The notes beneath the pieces are model-generated. The model was not told the DNA's origin, did no database searches, and was given only the letters and a program-made list of their open reading frames with translations. Made by a program: the position numbers and the translations under genes. Shown here one piece after another: positions 18,423-26,738 of a stretch of DNA of 64,000 nucleotides (within the stretch, counting starts at the first letter, position 1; each line of letters starts with the position of its first letter). Location: positions 66,459-130,458 of the forward strand of contig CAZWPK010000003.1 of NCBI GenBank assembly GCA_964635905.1. Direction: 5' to 3'. Source of the stretch: an uncultured Pseudomonadales bacterium (GTDB taxonomy: Bacteria; Patescibacteriota; Microgenomatia; UBA1400; UBA12028).

Positions 18423-18827
18423 TTAGAAACCTTGTGGGATTTCAATCGATCCACCGACACTTGTTCCGAAGAATCGGTTAATCACGGCTGCGATTGCAAA
18501 TGCGGAGGCAACGATTGCAAGTCCGATAATTGCGTTCGTAATCTTTTGTCGTGCACTTTCAGTCTTTGATTTATCTCCACCTGCAGTGAGCCATTCGACT
18601 CCACCCCAGATTAAGTAGATAAAGACTAATAGTCCAACGATTCCTAAAATTAATCGGAGTGCTCCGTTAATTAAGGTTCCAATTTGCGTAATACGGAATC
18701 CTGCTTGACCTGCATCGACATCAATGGAGTCCTCATTTGGGACACCCGCTTGTGCCAAGATAGGGGTTACCGTTGCAAAAAATGTTGCTACAGCTGTAGT
18801 AACAGATGACAATACTTTTTTAGCCAT
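18423..18827 (-). CDS. VirB2/TrbC-like pilin family protein, candidate major pilin
   Basis: Signal peptide ending ILAQA. Mature part has helix - LTAGGDKSKTESARQKITNAIIG - helix. AGGAGA RBS 7 nt upstream. An extended -10 promoter lies upstream and a strong terminator downstream. Confidence 0.75.
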   Translation of the reverse strand: MAKKVLSSVTTAVATFFATVTPILAQAGVPNEDSIDVDAGQAGFRITQIGTLINGALRLILGIVGLLVFIYLIWGGVEWLTAGGDKSKTESARQKITNAIIGLAIVASAFAIAAVINRFFGTSVGGSIEIPQGF

Positions 18828-18864
18828 ATATTCTCCTATTAGTTTACTAATAGCTAGTATAACT

Positions 18865-18873
18865 ATTATACCA
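18865..18873 (-). promoter_or_regulatory. Extended -10 promoter element (TGgTATAAT) for pilin gene 18423..18827
   Basis: Minus strand reads tattatggTATAATagttatac...aataGGAGAatatATG. The hexamer is a perfect TATAAT with an upstream TG and an AT-rich spacer region. There is no good -35. Confidence 0.35.
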
Positions 18874-18936
18874 TAATACTAGGGAGATAACGGGTCAGAG
18901 TCAAGAGAGAACTTACGAAGTATTAGAAGTACTTCT

Positions 18937-19587
18937 TTATGGACACGAAGAACCTGCTTGCCAGGACCATGCTTTGGCAGCACCATTTTGACAGCTGCAC
19001 GGTTCCCAGTGTGCATAAGGAATACCAGTGGTTGTTTGACACTTTACATTAGCGGCAGCACCACCTACACAGTATCCTCCAGCGCCACCATCACTGGAGC
19101 TTACTCCAACCTGACAGATCTGAGTCCCCGTTCCAGAACCACCTGAGCCACCACTTCCGCCGTTGCTGCTACCGGGGACATATTGTTGAGGTTGATTTAA
19201 TCCTAACAAGCTTACTGGGCCACCATTGATTCCTAAGAAGTAGAAGAGAATTCCCACAATCGCAAACACTGATGCAAAAATTGCAAAACCCACTATGGCT
19301 TGCGTAATCATGCTTCGCGCTGCTTCGACTTTGCTTTTATCTCCACCCGCAAGTACCCAGTTAGCACCACCCCAAACTAAATATCCAAATAGAATTAACC
19401 CAGTGATTCCTAGTCCCACATTCGCAAGTCGAGCAATCAGTAATCCTAAATCCACCACAAAGTATCCAGCTGTTCCCGCATCCAAGGTGAGGTCGGGTGT
19501 AGCTCCAGGTGCGCCTTGAGCAAAAATTTGAGAAGGAGCAAGAATGAATAGGAGAATGAGAACAAAGAATATAGTCTTAATATTCAT
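18937..19587 (-). CDS. VirB2/TrbC-like pilin with a C-terminal Gly/Ser linker and a small Cys-rich domain
   Basis: Signal peptide (IFAQGAPG), helix - LAGGDKSKVEAARSMITQAIVG - helix, then a GSSNGGSGGSGGSGTGT linker and about 80 aa containing 6 Cys (CQVG..YCVGG..KCQTT..EPCSC..SSCP). Confidence 0.7.
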   Translation of the reverse strand: MNIKTIFFVLILLFILAPSQIFAQGAPGATPDLTLDAGTAGYFVVDLGLLIARLANVGLGITGLILFGYLVWGGANWVLAGGDKSKVEAARSMITQAIVGFAIFASVFAIVGILFYFLGINGGPVSLLGLNQPQQYVPGSSNGGSGGSGGSGTGTQICQVGVSSSDGGAGGYCVGGAAANVKCQTTTGIPYAHWEPCSCQNGAAKAWSWQAGSSCP

Positions 19588-19595
19588 AGATAAAA

Positions 19596-20036
19596 CTAGA
19601 ATTTTCCACCCATGATAGGAGTGGGAAGATTTTGCAAACCACCTGTTCCGGTTGCCGGAACTTGCTGTCTAGACGAAAAGGTCTTCCCGAAAATATTAAG
19701 CTGAATGCGATCACCAAGTCCGAAGAAGTTAAGGACAATTGCATAGATTGCAAACACCGAGGCGAGGACCACTAGTCCAATTGCTGCTTGGGTCAACGTA
19801 GCGCGGGCTTCTTCCACTTTCCCTTTATCTCCACCGGATGTTACCCATTTAAGCGCTCCTAAAAAGAAGAACACTAATACTGCAAGCGCTCCAACAGTTA
19901 ATGCTGCGCGAGCACCTATTTCAATTAGGTTCCCAAACGTTTGAATAGGTGAGATTTCTAATGTGCGGGACTGTAAGTCAATTACTTGTGTTGGGGTTGT
20001 AGGAGCCTTTGGTGCTTGTGCAAGATAGTTCATCAT
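19596..20036 (-). CDS. VirB2/TrbC-like pilin family protein
   Basis: helix - VTSGGDKGKVEEARATLTQAAIG - helix. No classical cleavable signal peptide. The gap to the upstream gene is 1 bp. Confidence 0.7.
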   Translation of the reverse strand: MMNYLAQAPKAPTTPTQVIDLQSRTLEISPIQTFGNLIEIGARAALTVGALAVLVFFFLGALKWVTSGGDKGKVEEARATLTQAAIGLVVLASVFAIYAIVLNFFGLGDRIQLNIFGKTFSSRQQVPATGTGGLQNLPTPIMGGKF

Positions 20037-20037
20037 A

Positions 20038-20391
20038 TTAAAGATTATTGGCGAACTCTGGTTGTAATAGATTAAAGCCTAATAGACTACTAATGAACAA
20101 ACTGATTGCAACGGTACCCACAAGCACGAGCAGACCGATGATTGATTGGGTAATCCTATTTCGTGCACTTTCAATTTTCCCTTTATCACCTCCGGCCAAA
20201 ATCCATTCCAATGCTCCGTAAATCAACATTACCAGAAGGGCAATGCTTCCTAATGTAACCGCAGTTCGCCACAGAGTAACAATAATATTTCCTAGCGCAA
20301 ATGCTCCTGTTCCTGCACCAAAATCTGCTGTAATTGCAGGGTTAGTAATGACATTCTGGTTTAGCTTTGACTGTGCGATGAATGCAAACAT
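20038..20391 (-). CDS. VirB2/TrbC-like pilin family protein
   Basis: helix - ILAGGDKGKIESARNRITQSIIG - helix. 117 aa. Confidence 0.7.
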   Translation of the reverse strand: MFAFIAQSKLNQNVITNPAITADFGAGTGAFALGNIIVTLWRTAVTLGSIALLVMLIYGALEWILAGGDKGKIESARNRITQSIIGLLVLVGTVAISLFISSLLGFNLLQPEFANNL

Positions 20392-20393
20392 AC

Positions 20394-20756
20394 TTATGGT
20401 GTTAATTTTTGTAATACGGAAATAGGATCTAAAATATCAATTCCTAAAACTCCACCCACAATTCCTGAAATTGCATAGGCAGCAATAACCACGACTAGTC
20501 CGAGAGCAGCTTGTGTCATCTGGCTACGAGCACTTTCAACTTTTCCTTTATCTCCACCAGCTGACACCCAAGAGAGTCCAGCAAAGATTAAGTAGATAAG
20601 AAACATTAAGCCAGCTAGGGCCGTTAAAAATCCAATGAAAGTGCTCACAAAGGTGACAACAGGTGTACCAGCGCCGACTGCGTCCGATCCCGTTGGGGCA
20701 AATGGAGAGGCAATTGGGGCGATAGTTCCGAGTCGGACAGCGATAAGATTAAACAT
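20394..20756 (-). CDS. VirB2/TrbC-like pilin family protein
   Basis: helix - VSAGGDKGKVESARSQMTQAALG - helix. 120 aa. Confidence 0.7.
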   Translation of the reverse strand: MFNLIAVRLGTIAPIASPFAPTGSDAVGAGTPVVTFVSTFIGFLTALAGLMFLIYLIFAGLSWVSAGGDKGKVESARSQMTQAALGLVVVIAAYAISGIVGGVLGIDILDPISVLQKLTP

Positions 20757-20761
20757 AAGTA

Positions 20762-21133
20762 TTATGGTGCCTGTGGAATATCTGGATTCAGGATATACAT
20801 TGCATCGCCAAATAATAGGAAACTGATGATACCTGTGATTCCAAACGAGCCGACAATCACGACTAGTCCGAGTAAACTGTTTGTGAGTTGCTGCATTGCT
20901 TGTTCGGTGGCCTTTGGATTTCCAGCAGAGCCAAGATAAGTGTAGCCGGCAGCTATGATATTAAATAAGCCGAACAAACCAGCAATGATGCTGATAAGTT
21001 TAACTACATTAGAAATGAAGCCGAAGATACCGATGCCACCTTGTGACGCAGCGTTAAAACGCTGTACCCCTGGTGGCGGGGTCACAACCCCGAAAATTCC
21101 TTGTGTGATGAGAACATAAGCGGTTGCGTACAT
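20762..21133 (-). CDS. VirB2/TrbC-like pilin family protein (divergent loop variant)
   Basis: helix - LGSAGNPKATEQAMQQLTNSLLG - helix. The start is placed at the internal Met (MYATAYVLI) to avoid overlapping the upstream paralog. The track ORF extends to 21175. Confidence 0.6.
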   Translation of the reverse strand: MYATAYVLITQGIFGVVTPPPGVQRFNAASQGGIGIFGFISNVVKLISIIAGLFGLFNIIAAGYTYLGSAGNPKATEQAMQQLTNSLLGLVVIVGSFGITGIISFLLFGDAMYILNPDIPQAP

Positions 21134-21146
21134 AGTGTAGTTTTTA

Positions 21147-21566
21147 TTATAGCGTAGAGTTAAAGATTTGGACACCAGTGATCAACTCTACGATTTGTAC
21201 AATCCAGTATGCTGCAAAAATTACTACTAACCCTAAAACGGCGGTGACAATCTGGTTTTTCCCTTGCTCCATGTTTTTGGCGTTCCCACCAGAGGCAATG
21301 ATCGCAAAACCTCCTCCGATCAGGAGAAATAGGAAGATTAACCCAGCAACAATGAATGCTAAAGGAACAAAAAGGTTAAGAAAAGCAGCAAGATTGGGGT
21401 ACAGTGAGCTAACACCCCGATCAACAATTGGTCCTCCAGGATAAACGGGAACTCCTTGGCCAGTTTTTAGTGAGGTTCCCAAGTCGATCTGTGACAAGAG
21501 TGTAAGCATATCTACTATGTAGTATACAATATTGCGTATGACTTTTCCTAAAGAAAAGGAACTCAT
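21147..21566 (-). CDS. VirB2/TrbC-like pilin family protein (divergent loop variant), first gene of the array
   Basis: helix - IASGGNAKNMEQGKNQIVTAVLG - helix. The N-terminus is uncertain (internal Met at ~21509). The annotated start overlaps the divergent sigma-factor start by ~35 bp. Confidence 0.6.
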   Translation of the reverse strand: MSSFSLGKVIRNIVYYIVDMLTLLSQIDLGTSLKTGQGVPVYPGGPIVDRGVSSLYPNLAAFLNLFVPLAFIVAGLIFLFLLIGGGFAIIASGGNAKNMEQGKNQIVTAVLGLVVIFAAYWIVQIVELITGVQIFNSTL

Positions 21567-22071
21567 CGACCGATTGAAGAAGGGTGACGAATCAGCCGTA
21601 CGAGAATGGTACCAAGCTTACGCAACCAAGCTCTTGGGGTTTTTTCACTCCAAAGTGCAGGTGAGTAGCGACGCTGAAGAATTAGTGCAAGATACGTTTC
21701 TCTCCTGTCTTGCCTCACTCCCACTGTTCCGAGGAAGCTCAGGGCTCTACAGCTTTATGTTGGGGATCGCCCGTCATGAATTAGCGGACTATTGGAGAAA
21801 GAAGTACGCTAAGAAAGCCATCTCCGCATTGCCATTCGGTGAAGAGATCTTGCTTTCCCTAGCATCAGATCATTCTTCCCACCAAGACCAAGTCCACAAC
21901 ATTCTGTCTTCGCTTCCCGTTGAAATTTCAGAAGTACTGCTTTTAAAGTATGTGGATGGGTACTCCGTCAAACAACTGGCCGATCAGTTCGGGGTTTCCA
22001 ATGTTGCAATGCAAAGTCGGATCTATCGGGCAAAAGAAGCATTTGTAGCCGAGCTTGCTAAACAGGAATAG
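21532..22071 (+). CDS. ECF-type sigma-70 family RNA polymerase sigma factor
   Basis: Region 2 (ELVQDTFLSCLASLPLF...FMLGIARHELADYWRKK) and region 4 HTH (LLLKYVDGYSVKQLADQFGVSNVAMQSRIYRAKEAF). 179 aa. Confidence 0.8.
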   Translation: MRMTFPKEKELIDRLKKGDESAVREWYQAYATKLLGFFHSKVQVSSDAEELVQDTFLSCLASLPLFRGSSGLYSFMLGIARHELADYWRKKYAKKAISALPFGEEILLSLASDHSSHQDQVHNILSSLPVEISEVLLLKYVDGYSVKQLADQFGVSNVAMQSRIYRAKEAFVAELAKQE

Positions 22072-22073
22072 GT

Positions 22074-22295
22074 ATGAAGATGAACGAAGCAGAGTTTTTA
22101 GGTGTGCTCAAGCAAAAAGCCAGATCGCAAGCCAAAATAGATTCAAGTTCGCCGATCCCAAGTTTTTTAAAACCATTCTTTTCAGCGATGGGACTGCATT
22201 TCTGGCAGTTTTTGCTGGGGTTATCGTTTCTGATCAGCATTCCGGTGAGTATCTTAGGATTCGCAACAATATATAGTAGAGCACTGGGACTGTAA
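22074..22295 (+). CDS. Small membrane protein, putative anti-sigma factor
   Basis: 73 aa, starts 3 bp after the sigma-factor stop. Hydrophilic N-terminus followed by a TM segment (FWQFLLGLSFLISIPVSILGFATIY). Assigned by position only. Confidence 0.4.
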   Translation: MKMNEAEFLGVLKQKARSQAKIDSSSPIPSFLKPFFSAMGLHFWQFLLGLSFLISIPVSILGFATIYSRALGL

Positions 22296-22297
22296 GC

Positions 22298-22591
22298 ATG
22301 AAATTTATTTATCACGTTCTAACAACTATTACAGGATTTCTACTTCATCCCTATCCAACTATGCAAAAAGTGGTCGATCAGGATGTGCCACTGACTTATC
22401 TCTTTTTCCCATTGTTTTTATGTATCTTGGGTTGGTGGATAGCTCGCACCTTTGTAGGTTTCTTCTTAGGTATGTTGCCACTGCTTGGTGTGTGGTGGTT
22501 CTTGGAGGTTTGGTGGCTAGTCTTTTGGGCAAGTTGGCAAATTGTCCTTCTCTATCTGTATCTGCGTTTTCGTTCCATTGCATCGAATTAA
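22298..22591 (+). CDS. Small integral membrane protein
   Basis: 97 aa, Trp-rich, with 3 predicted TM helices. Translationally coupled to the preceding gene. Confidence 0.45.
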   Translation: MKFIYHVLTTITGFLLHPYPTMQKVVDQDVPLTYLFFPLFLCILGWWIARTFVGFFLGMLPLLGVWWFLEVWWLVFWASWQIVLLYLYLRFRSIASN

Positions 22592-22656
22592 TTCTCCCCT
22601 GAATGATTTATTCTCTTTTTCCCGACACTATATATGTCTCTTGGGAAAGGAGAACT

Positions 22657-22893
22657 ATGCAAATCTCACGACACTGGCGACTAAACAGTCAGAGGTACCG
22701 CCTTGAAGGAGTACGGTATCAGAACGGACATGTTAGTCTGCAAAACAGGCCAGTTGTGCTTGAGGTACGAGAATTTCGAGGTAAGGAAATCCTTTCTAAG
22801 GCAGTTGAAGTTGCCAATGCACAGCCAGTGACAGTGACAGAGACAGAGGCAGTGACTGTAGCAGATGTAACGACATATGGAAATCGAACATGA
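22657..22893 (+). CDS. Hypothetical small basic protein
   Basis: Start chosen at MQISRHWRL because an AAGGAGA RBS precedes it. The C-terminus has a VTVTETEAVTV low-complexity repeat. Confidence 0.35.
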   Translation: MQISRHWRLNSQRYRLEGVRYQNGHVSLQNRPVVLEVREFRGKEILSKAVEVANAQPVTVTETEAVTVADVTTYGNRT

Positions 22894-23432
22894 TTAGTAA
22901 TCATCTTGATCAAGTCACACTAGTAAATGCGCAAGATGAGGTCATTGGCTCCATGGATAAAGTTGAGGCGCATAAAGGAGATGGAAAGCTGCATCGAGCA
23001 ATCTCTGTGTTTTTGTTCAACGAGAAGGATGAATTGCTTATTCAGCAACGGAGTGCCAAAAAGATTGTGGGTGCGCATCAATGGGCAAATACCTGTTGTG
23101 GAAATGTTCGTCCCACAGATTCATATCTTGAATGTGCTACACGTAGGCTGTCTGAAGAATTAGGAATTACTGGGGTTACGCTAACACCCATTACTAAATT
23201 CATCTATAAGGTTCGGTGTAATGATGAATTTAGCGAGCATGAGGTAGACACAGTTTTTATTGGTACCTACACAGAGAAGGTTATGCCCAACCCCGGAGAG
23301 GTTCAAGCTTACCAGTGGATTATAAAAAGCGAACTTAGAGCACTGATGGACCAGCAAACTCTATCTTTCGCCCCCTGGGTACAGTTCTTGTTGCAGCAAC
23401 CAAAAGTTCAGAAGGTGTTATATGGTGAATAG
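22890..23432 (+). CDS. idi: Isopentenyl-diphosphate delta-isomerase, type 1 (Nudix fold)
   Basis: HRAISVFLFN, WANTCCGNVRP (catalytic Cys) and RRLSEELGIT align with E. coli Idi HLAFSSWLFN / WTNSVCGHP / RRCRYELGVEI. Confidence 0.8.
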   Translation: MISNHLDQVTLVNAQDEVIGSMDKVEAHKGDGKLHRAISVFLFNEKDELLIQQRSAKKIVGAHQWANTCCGNVRPTDSYLECATRRLSEELGITGVTLTPITKFIYKVRCNDEFSEHEVDTVFIGTYTEKVMPNPGEVQAYQWIIKSELRALMDQQTLSFAPWVQFLLQQPKVQKVLYGE

Positions 23433-24213
23433 TCGAGAAACAGGGGAACGAAGAATTCTGGGTGCACTAGCAGTTATTTCTAATCAGTCAGATATTTTGC
23501 TGATTAAAGATCCCCCCAAAGTAGAAGTTGCTGGTGCACAAAATCCGACAGCTATTAGTTGGTGGTCACGAACCGATAAGTATTCTTGGGGACTGCCTGG
23601 TGGAGGAAGGGGAGTTCAATCGAATGGTCAAGAAGAAACTTTGCTGATGACACTCTCTGGTGAGTTTACGGAAGAAGTAACAAAAAGGGAGGGTCGTCCC
23701 CATCGCAGACTTCCGTCTCCAAATACTAGGAGTGTAACCCAACAACCCTATCCCAACGTGGTGGCACAGGAAAAGAAGATTGAAGGGGAGTCTTTGTTTA
23801 TTCACCAATTTGGTGTGACATCCGTACATATCCCGCATGCGGGACTCACTAAGATCGCGCGCAAAGATATTCAACGAGCTTTGGATGAAGAACGAGCAGT
23901 TTGGATAAGTCTTCAGACACTAATAGACATCTTTAATAGTGAGGACCCTAGGTCAGCAAAAAGCGGTGACTTGAATTTTCGCCCTCAAGTTTTGATGACA
24001 GCGTATATTTGGTACCTGACATTCTCGGGGATTTCACCTTCGCATTTTAATGAAACAATCATTGAATCTAATAAAGGTGTCATTAGTTTTGTTGCAGAGT
24101 ATGCTGCTAGAACATATGGAACAATTAAAAATGGCTCGTTTGACATGAACGGTAGACTTGCTCAGCTAAATACATCAGATCGATTATTCTTACTTGGGAA
24201 GCAACGACAATGA
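23422..24213 (+). CDS. Hypothetical protein with a degenerate Nudix-like box
   Basis: WGLPGGG...SGEFTEEV resembles a Nudix box but lacks the RE dyad. It overlaps idi by 11 bp and the next gene by 4 bp, which suggests an operon. Confidence 0.4.
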   Translation: MVNSRETGERRILGALAVISNQSDILLIKDPPKVEVAGAQNPTAISWWSRTDKYSWGLPGGGRGVQSNGQEETLLMTLSGEFTEEVTKREGRPHRRLPSPNTRSVTQQPYPNVVAQEKKIEGESLFIHQFGVTSVHIPHAGLTKIARKDIQRALDEERAVWISLQTLIDIFNSEDPRSAKSGDLNFRPQVLMTAYIWYLTFSGISPSHFNETIIESNKGVISFVAEYAARTYGTIKNGSFDMNGRLAQLNTSDRLFLLGKQRQ

Positions 24214-25043
24214 AACACAATGTTACCCTTCTAAAGCTCGGTGGAGCAGTCATTACCAACAAGGAAATTCCTGAATCTGTTCGGACAGATGTTCTAGACA
24301 GACTGATTAAAGAAATTTCTCAGGCTCAAAAACAATCTTCTAAATTGCTAGTCCTTGGGAATGGCGCCGGTAGTTTTGCCCATGTTCCGGCGACTCGATA
24401 CAAAACCATCGATGGATTTGTTGGTTCAGATAGCCGAATTGGAATGGCAATAACACAGGATAGTGCCGCACGTCTAAATCGCATCGTGGTTGCATCTTGT
24501 CTTCGTGAGGATATTCCGGCTGTAAGTGTGGCACCCTCCAATTCATTAATTACCGAAGCCAAAGTTGCAACAACCTGGTTCTCGGAGGTCTTTGAAGAGT
24601 ATCTTCGTAACCAATTGACCCCCGTAACCTATGGGGATGTGCTCGTCGATCGAAAGCAAGGCTGTACGATCTGGTCTACAGATAAGGTATTTTCCTTTTT
24701 TGCGCGTCAATTTCAACAGCGTGACTGGAATGTCGAACAGATCATCCATGTGACGGAAGCAACTGGAGTATGGCAAAAGGAAGGCAGTGATTGGAAAATG
24801 GATGGCACGGAGAAAGTCATCTATCCTCAGATTACTCCATCCATGCGGGAAGAGGTAAAATTATCGATGACGGATACAAAAGGATTTGATGTCACCGGTG
24901 GAATGTGGCACAAGATTGAGGAAGCCCTATCGTTAACGGAGTTAGGAATCACCACCAGAATCATATCTGGTCTTGAACCTGGTAATGTATACAAAGTATT
25001 AACCGGTGATACTTCGATTGGAACCACGATACATGGTGATTAA
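24210..25043 (+). CDS. Isopentenyl phosphate kinase (amino-acid kinase fold)
   Basis: LLKLGGAVITNK at the N-terminus and GFDVTGGMWHKIEEAL near the C-terminus match archaeal/Chloroflexi IPK (ILKLGGS..., DVTGGM.YKI). Confidence 0.7.
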   Translation: MKHNVTLLKLGGAVITNKEIPESVRTDVLDRLIKEISQAQKQSSKLLVLGNGAGSFAHVPATRYKTIDGFVGSDSRIGMAITQDSAARLNRIVVASCLREDIPAVSVAPSNSLITEAKVATTWFSEVFEEYLRNQLTPVTYGDVLVDRKQGCTIWSTDKVFSFFARQFQQRDWNVEQIIHVTEATGVWQKEGSDWKMDGTEKVIYPQITPSMREEVKLSMTDTKGFDVTGGMWHKIEEALSLTELGITTRIISGLEPGNVYKVLTGDTSIGTTIHGD

Positions 25044-25045
25044 TT

Positions 25046-25552
25046 ATGCCAGTTGATGATCAAGAAGAATTATTCTATTGGGTTAATGAAGCTGACGAAG
25101 TGCTTGGCAGTATCACGCGGTACCAGGCGCATCACTCCTTTAAACTGCATCGATCTATTGGAATCTTACTACGCAATGAGAAACAGGAGATGCTGTTTCA
25201 GCAGAGATCTCTACGTAAAGATCTCGACGGTGGGTTGTGGTTGTTTGCAGTTGGAGGACATGTAGCATTTGGGGATAGTTACGAGACGACCGCAAATCGA
25301 GAATTACAAGAAGAATTAGGAATTACTGCAGAGCTTACTTTTCTTAGAAAAGTAATATTTAACACAGGGAAGGAATATCAAATGGCCGGTATTTTTTCCG
25401 CAACAATTCCAAAAGCGACACCTTTACAATTAGACCCAATTGAAATTCAAGCAACAGCATGGGTTCCAATCAACGGCATTGCAGTGTTTACGCTCTCGCA
25501 TCCCTGCACTAATTGGACGATTGAAACTCTTAAGCAGACAGGATTTTTGTAG
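25046..25552 (+). CDS. Nudix hydrolase (IDI-like but lacking the catalytic Cys)
   Basis: HRSIGILL.N...GGHVAFGDSYETTANRELQEELGIT Nudix box. VGGH replaces the idi Cys motif. Confidence 0.65.
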   Translation: MPVDDQEELFYWVNEADEVLGSITRYQAHHSFKLHRSIGILLRNEKQEMLFQQRSLRKDLDGGLWLFAVGGHVAFGDSYETTANRELQEELGITAELTFLRKVIFNTGKEYQMAGIFSATIPKATPLQLDPIEIQATAWVPINGIAVFTLSHPCTNWTIETLKQTGFL

Positions 25553-25571
25553 GATACAATAGAGACTTCGT

Positions 25572-26270
25572 ATGAAGCAAACTTCCAACATCCCAAACCA
25601 TCTCGCAATCATCATGGATGGAAATCGTCGTTGGGCACGATCCCATGGATGGGAAGCAATACGTGGTCACGAATACGTAGTCGATAACGTTATCGAACCA
25701 ATCGTGGATCGCTGTATTGAACTAGGTATTTCCTATCTAACCTTGTGGGCATTTAGTACAGAAAATTGGGAACGTGACAAACGCGAAATCGAAGGAATGA
25801 TGCAATTATTCCGACGTGCATTTGAGAAGAAGGTTGAAGACTTACATAAAAAAGGAGTGAAACTCCAGATTATTGGCGATATTGATCGGTTTCCCGAAGA
25901 CATTGCCAACAATGCCAAACGCTGGGTAGAGATATCGAAAGATAACACGAAGATTACGGTGAGCTTTGCGTTAAACTATGGGGGAAGGGAAGAATTGTTG
26001 CGCGCAATCAACTTGCTTCATCAACAGACTCCGACAGCGACAACAATTACCCAAGCTGACCTGGAATTACACCTTGCAACTACAGGCATGCCAGATCCCG
26101 ACTTAATCATTCGTCCTGGTGGACAGTTTCGACTATCCGGATTTTTGCCTTGGCAATCAGTGTATTCGGAGCTGTATTTCACTGACATTCTGATGCCGGA
26201 TTTTCAAGTCAATGAATTAAACGCAGCTTTAGAAGACTATGCCAACCGACAGCGTCGATTTGGCAAATAA
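25572..26270 (+). CDS. uppS: Undecaprenyl/isoprenyl diphosphate synthase (cis-prenyltransferase)
   Basis: HLAIIMDGNRRWA, TLWAFSTENWERDK, and the C-terminal RxG and FLPWQS motifs. Confidence 0.9.
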   Translation: MKQTSNIPNHLAIIMDGNRRWARSHGWEAIRGHEYVVDNVIEPIVDRCIELGISYLTLWAFSTENWERDKREIEGMMQLFRRAFEKKVEDLHKKGVKLQIIGDIDRFPEDIANNAKRWVEISKDNTKITVSFALNYGGREELLRAINLLHQQTPTATTITQADLELHLATTGMPDPDLIIRPGGQFRLSGFLPWQSVYSELYFTDILMPDFQVNELNAALEDYANRQRRFGK

Positions 26271-26738
26271 ACCCTTGTTAATTTCCGCACTTTGTTTCTA
26301 AAAACGTGTATGTTCACGAAGTCGGTTGTGGAGTTGCTCCTGATGTGTTTCCACCCGAGGGAATAGCTGTCGAACCTACTGGAGTCGCAGCACTCATCGG
26401 TCCACTTCCACCTCCCAAAGGGAGCGGTGTACTCACTACTGTAGGTGCGGGAGTCGAACCAAGGAGTGGAAGGGGTGTCCCAGCTTTTCAAACGATGAGT
26501 AGTTGTTCTGGATCCGAACTCATACTGTACTTAGATAAAATGGTGTGTGAAGAACAAAATAAACCGTACGCGTATGTTGTTTCCGACAATGGACAGTGTT
26601 ATGCGGTTTTTACCGCCCTTCAAAACCCCCACAGATCGTGCGATTGAAAAGCTAGGGTGTGAATATGGATTTGGTCCAGGGAATATGTTTAACTTCGGAG
26701 TTTCTAACGTTTCGATTCACTAATTCAAAAGTTCAAAT

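Noticed and set aside
22820-22880. The gtgacagtgacagagacagaggcagtgactgtagcagatgtaacg periodic tract was considered as a micro-repeat or CRISPR-like signal.
   Set aside because: It is a short in-frame VT/TE codon repeat inside a small ORF. There are no spacer-repeat units, and no CRISPR arrays were seen anywhere in the window.
26306-26647. 113-aa plus ORF (Pro/Gly/Val-rich) between uppS and the pilin-fusion genes.
   Set aside because: Low-complexity composition and no RBS. It lies in the convergent intergenic region and is likely noncoding.
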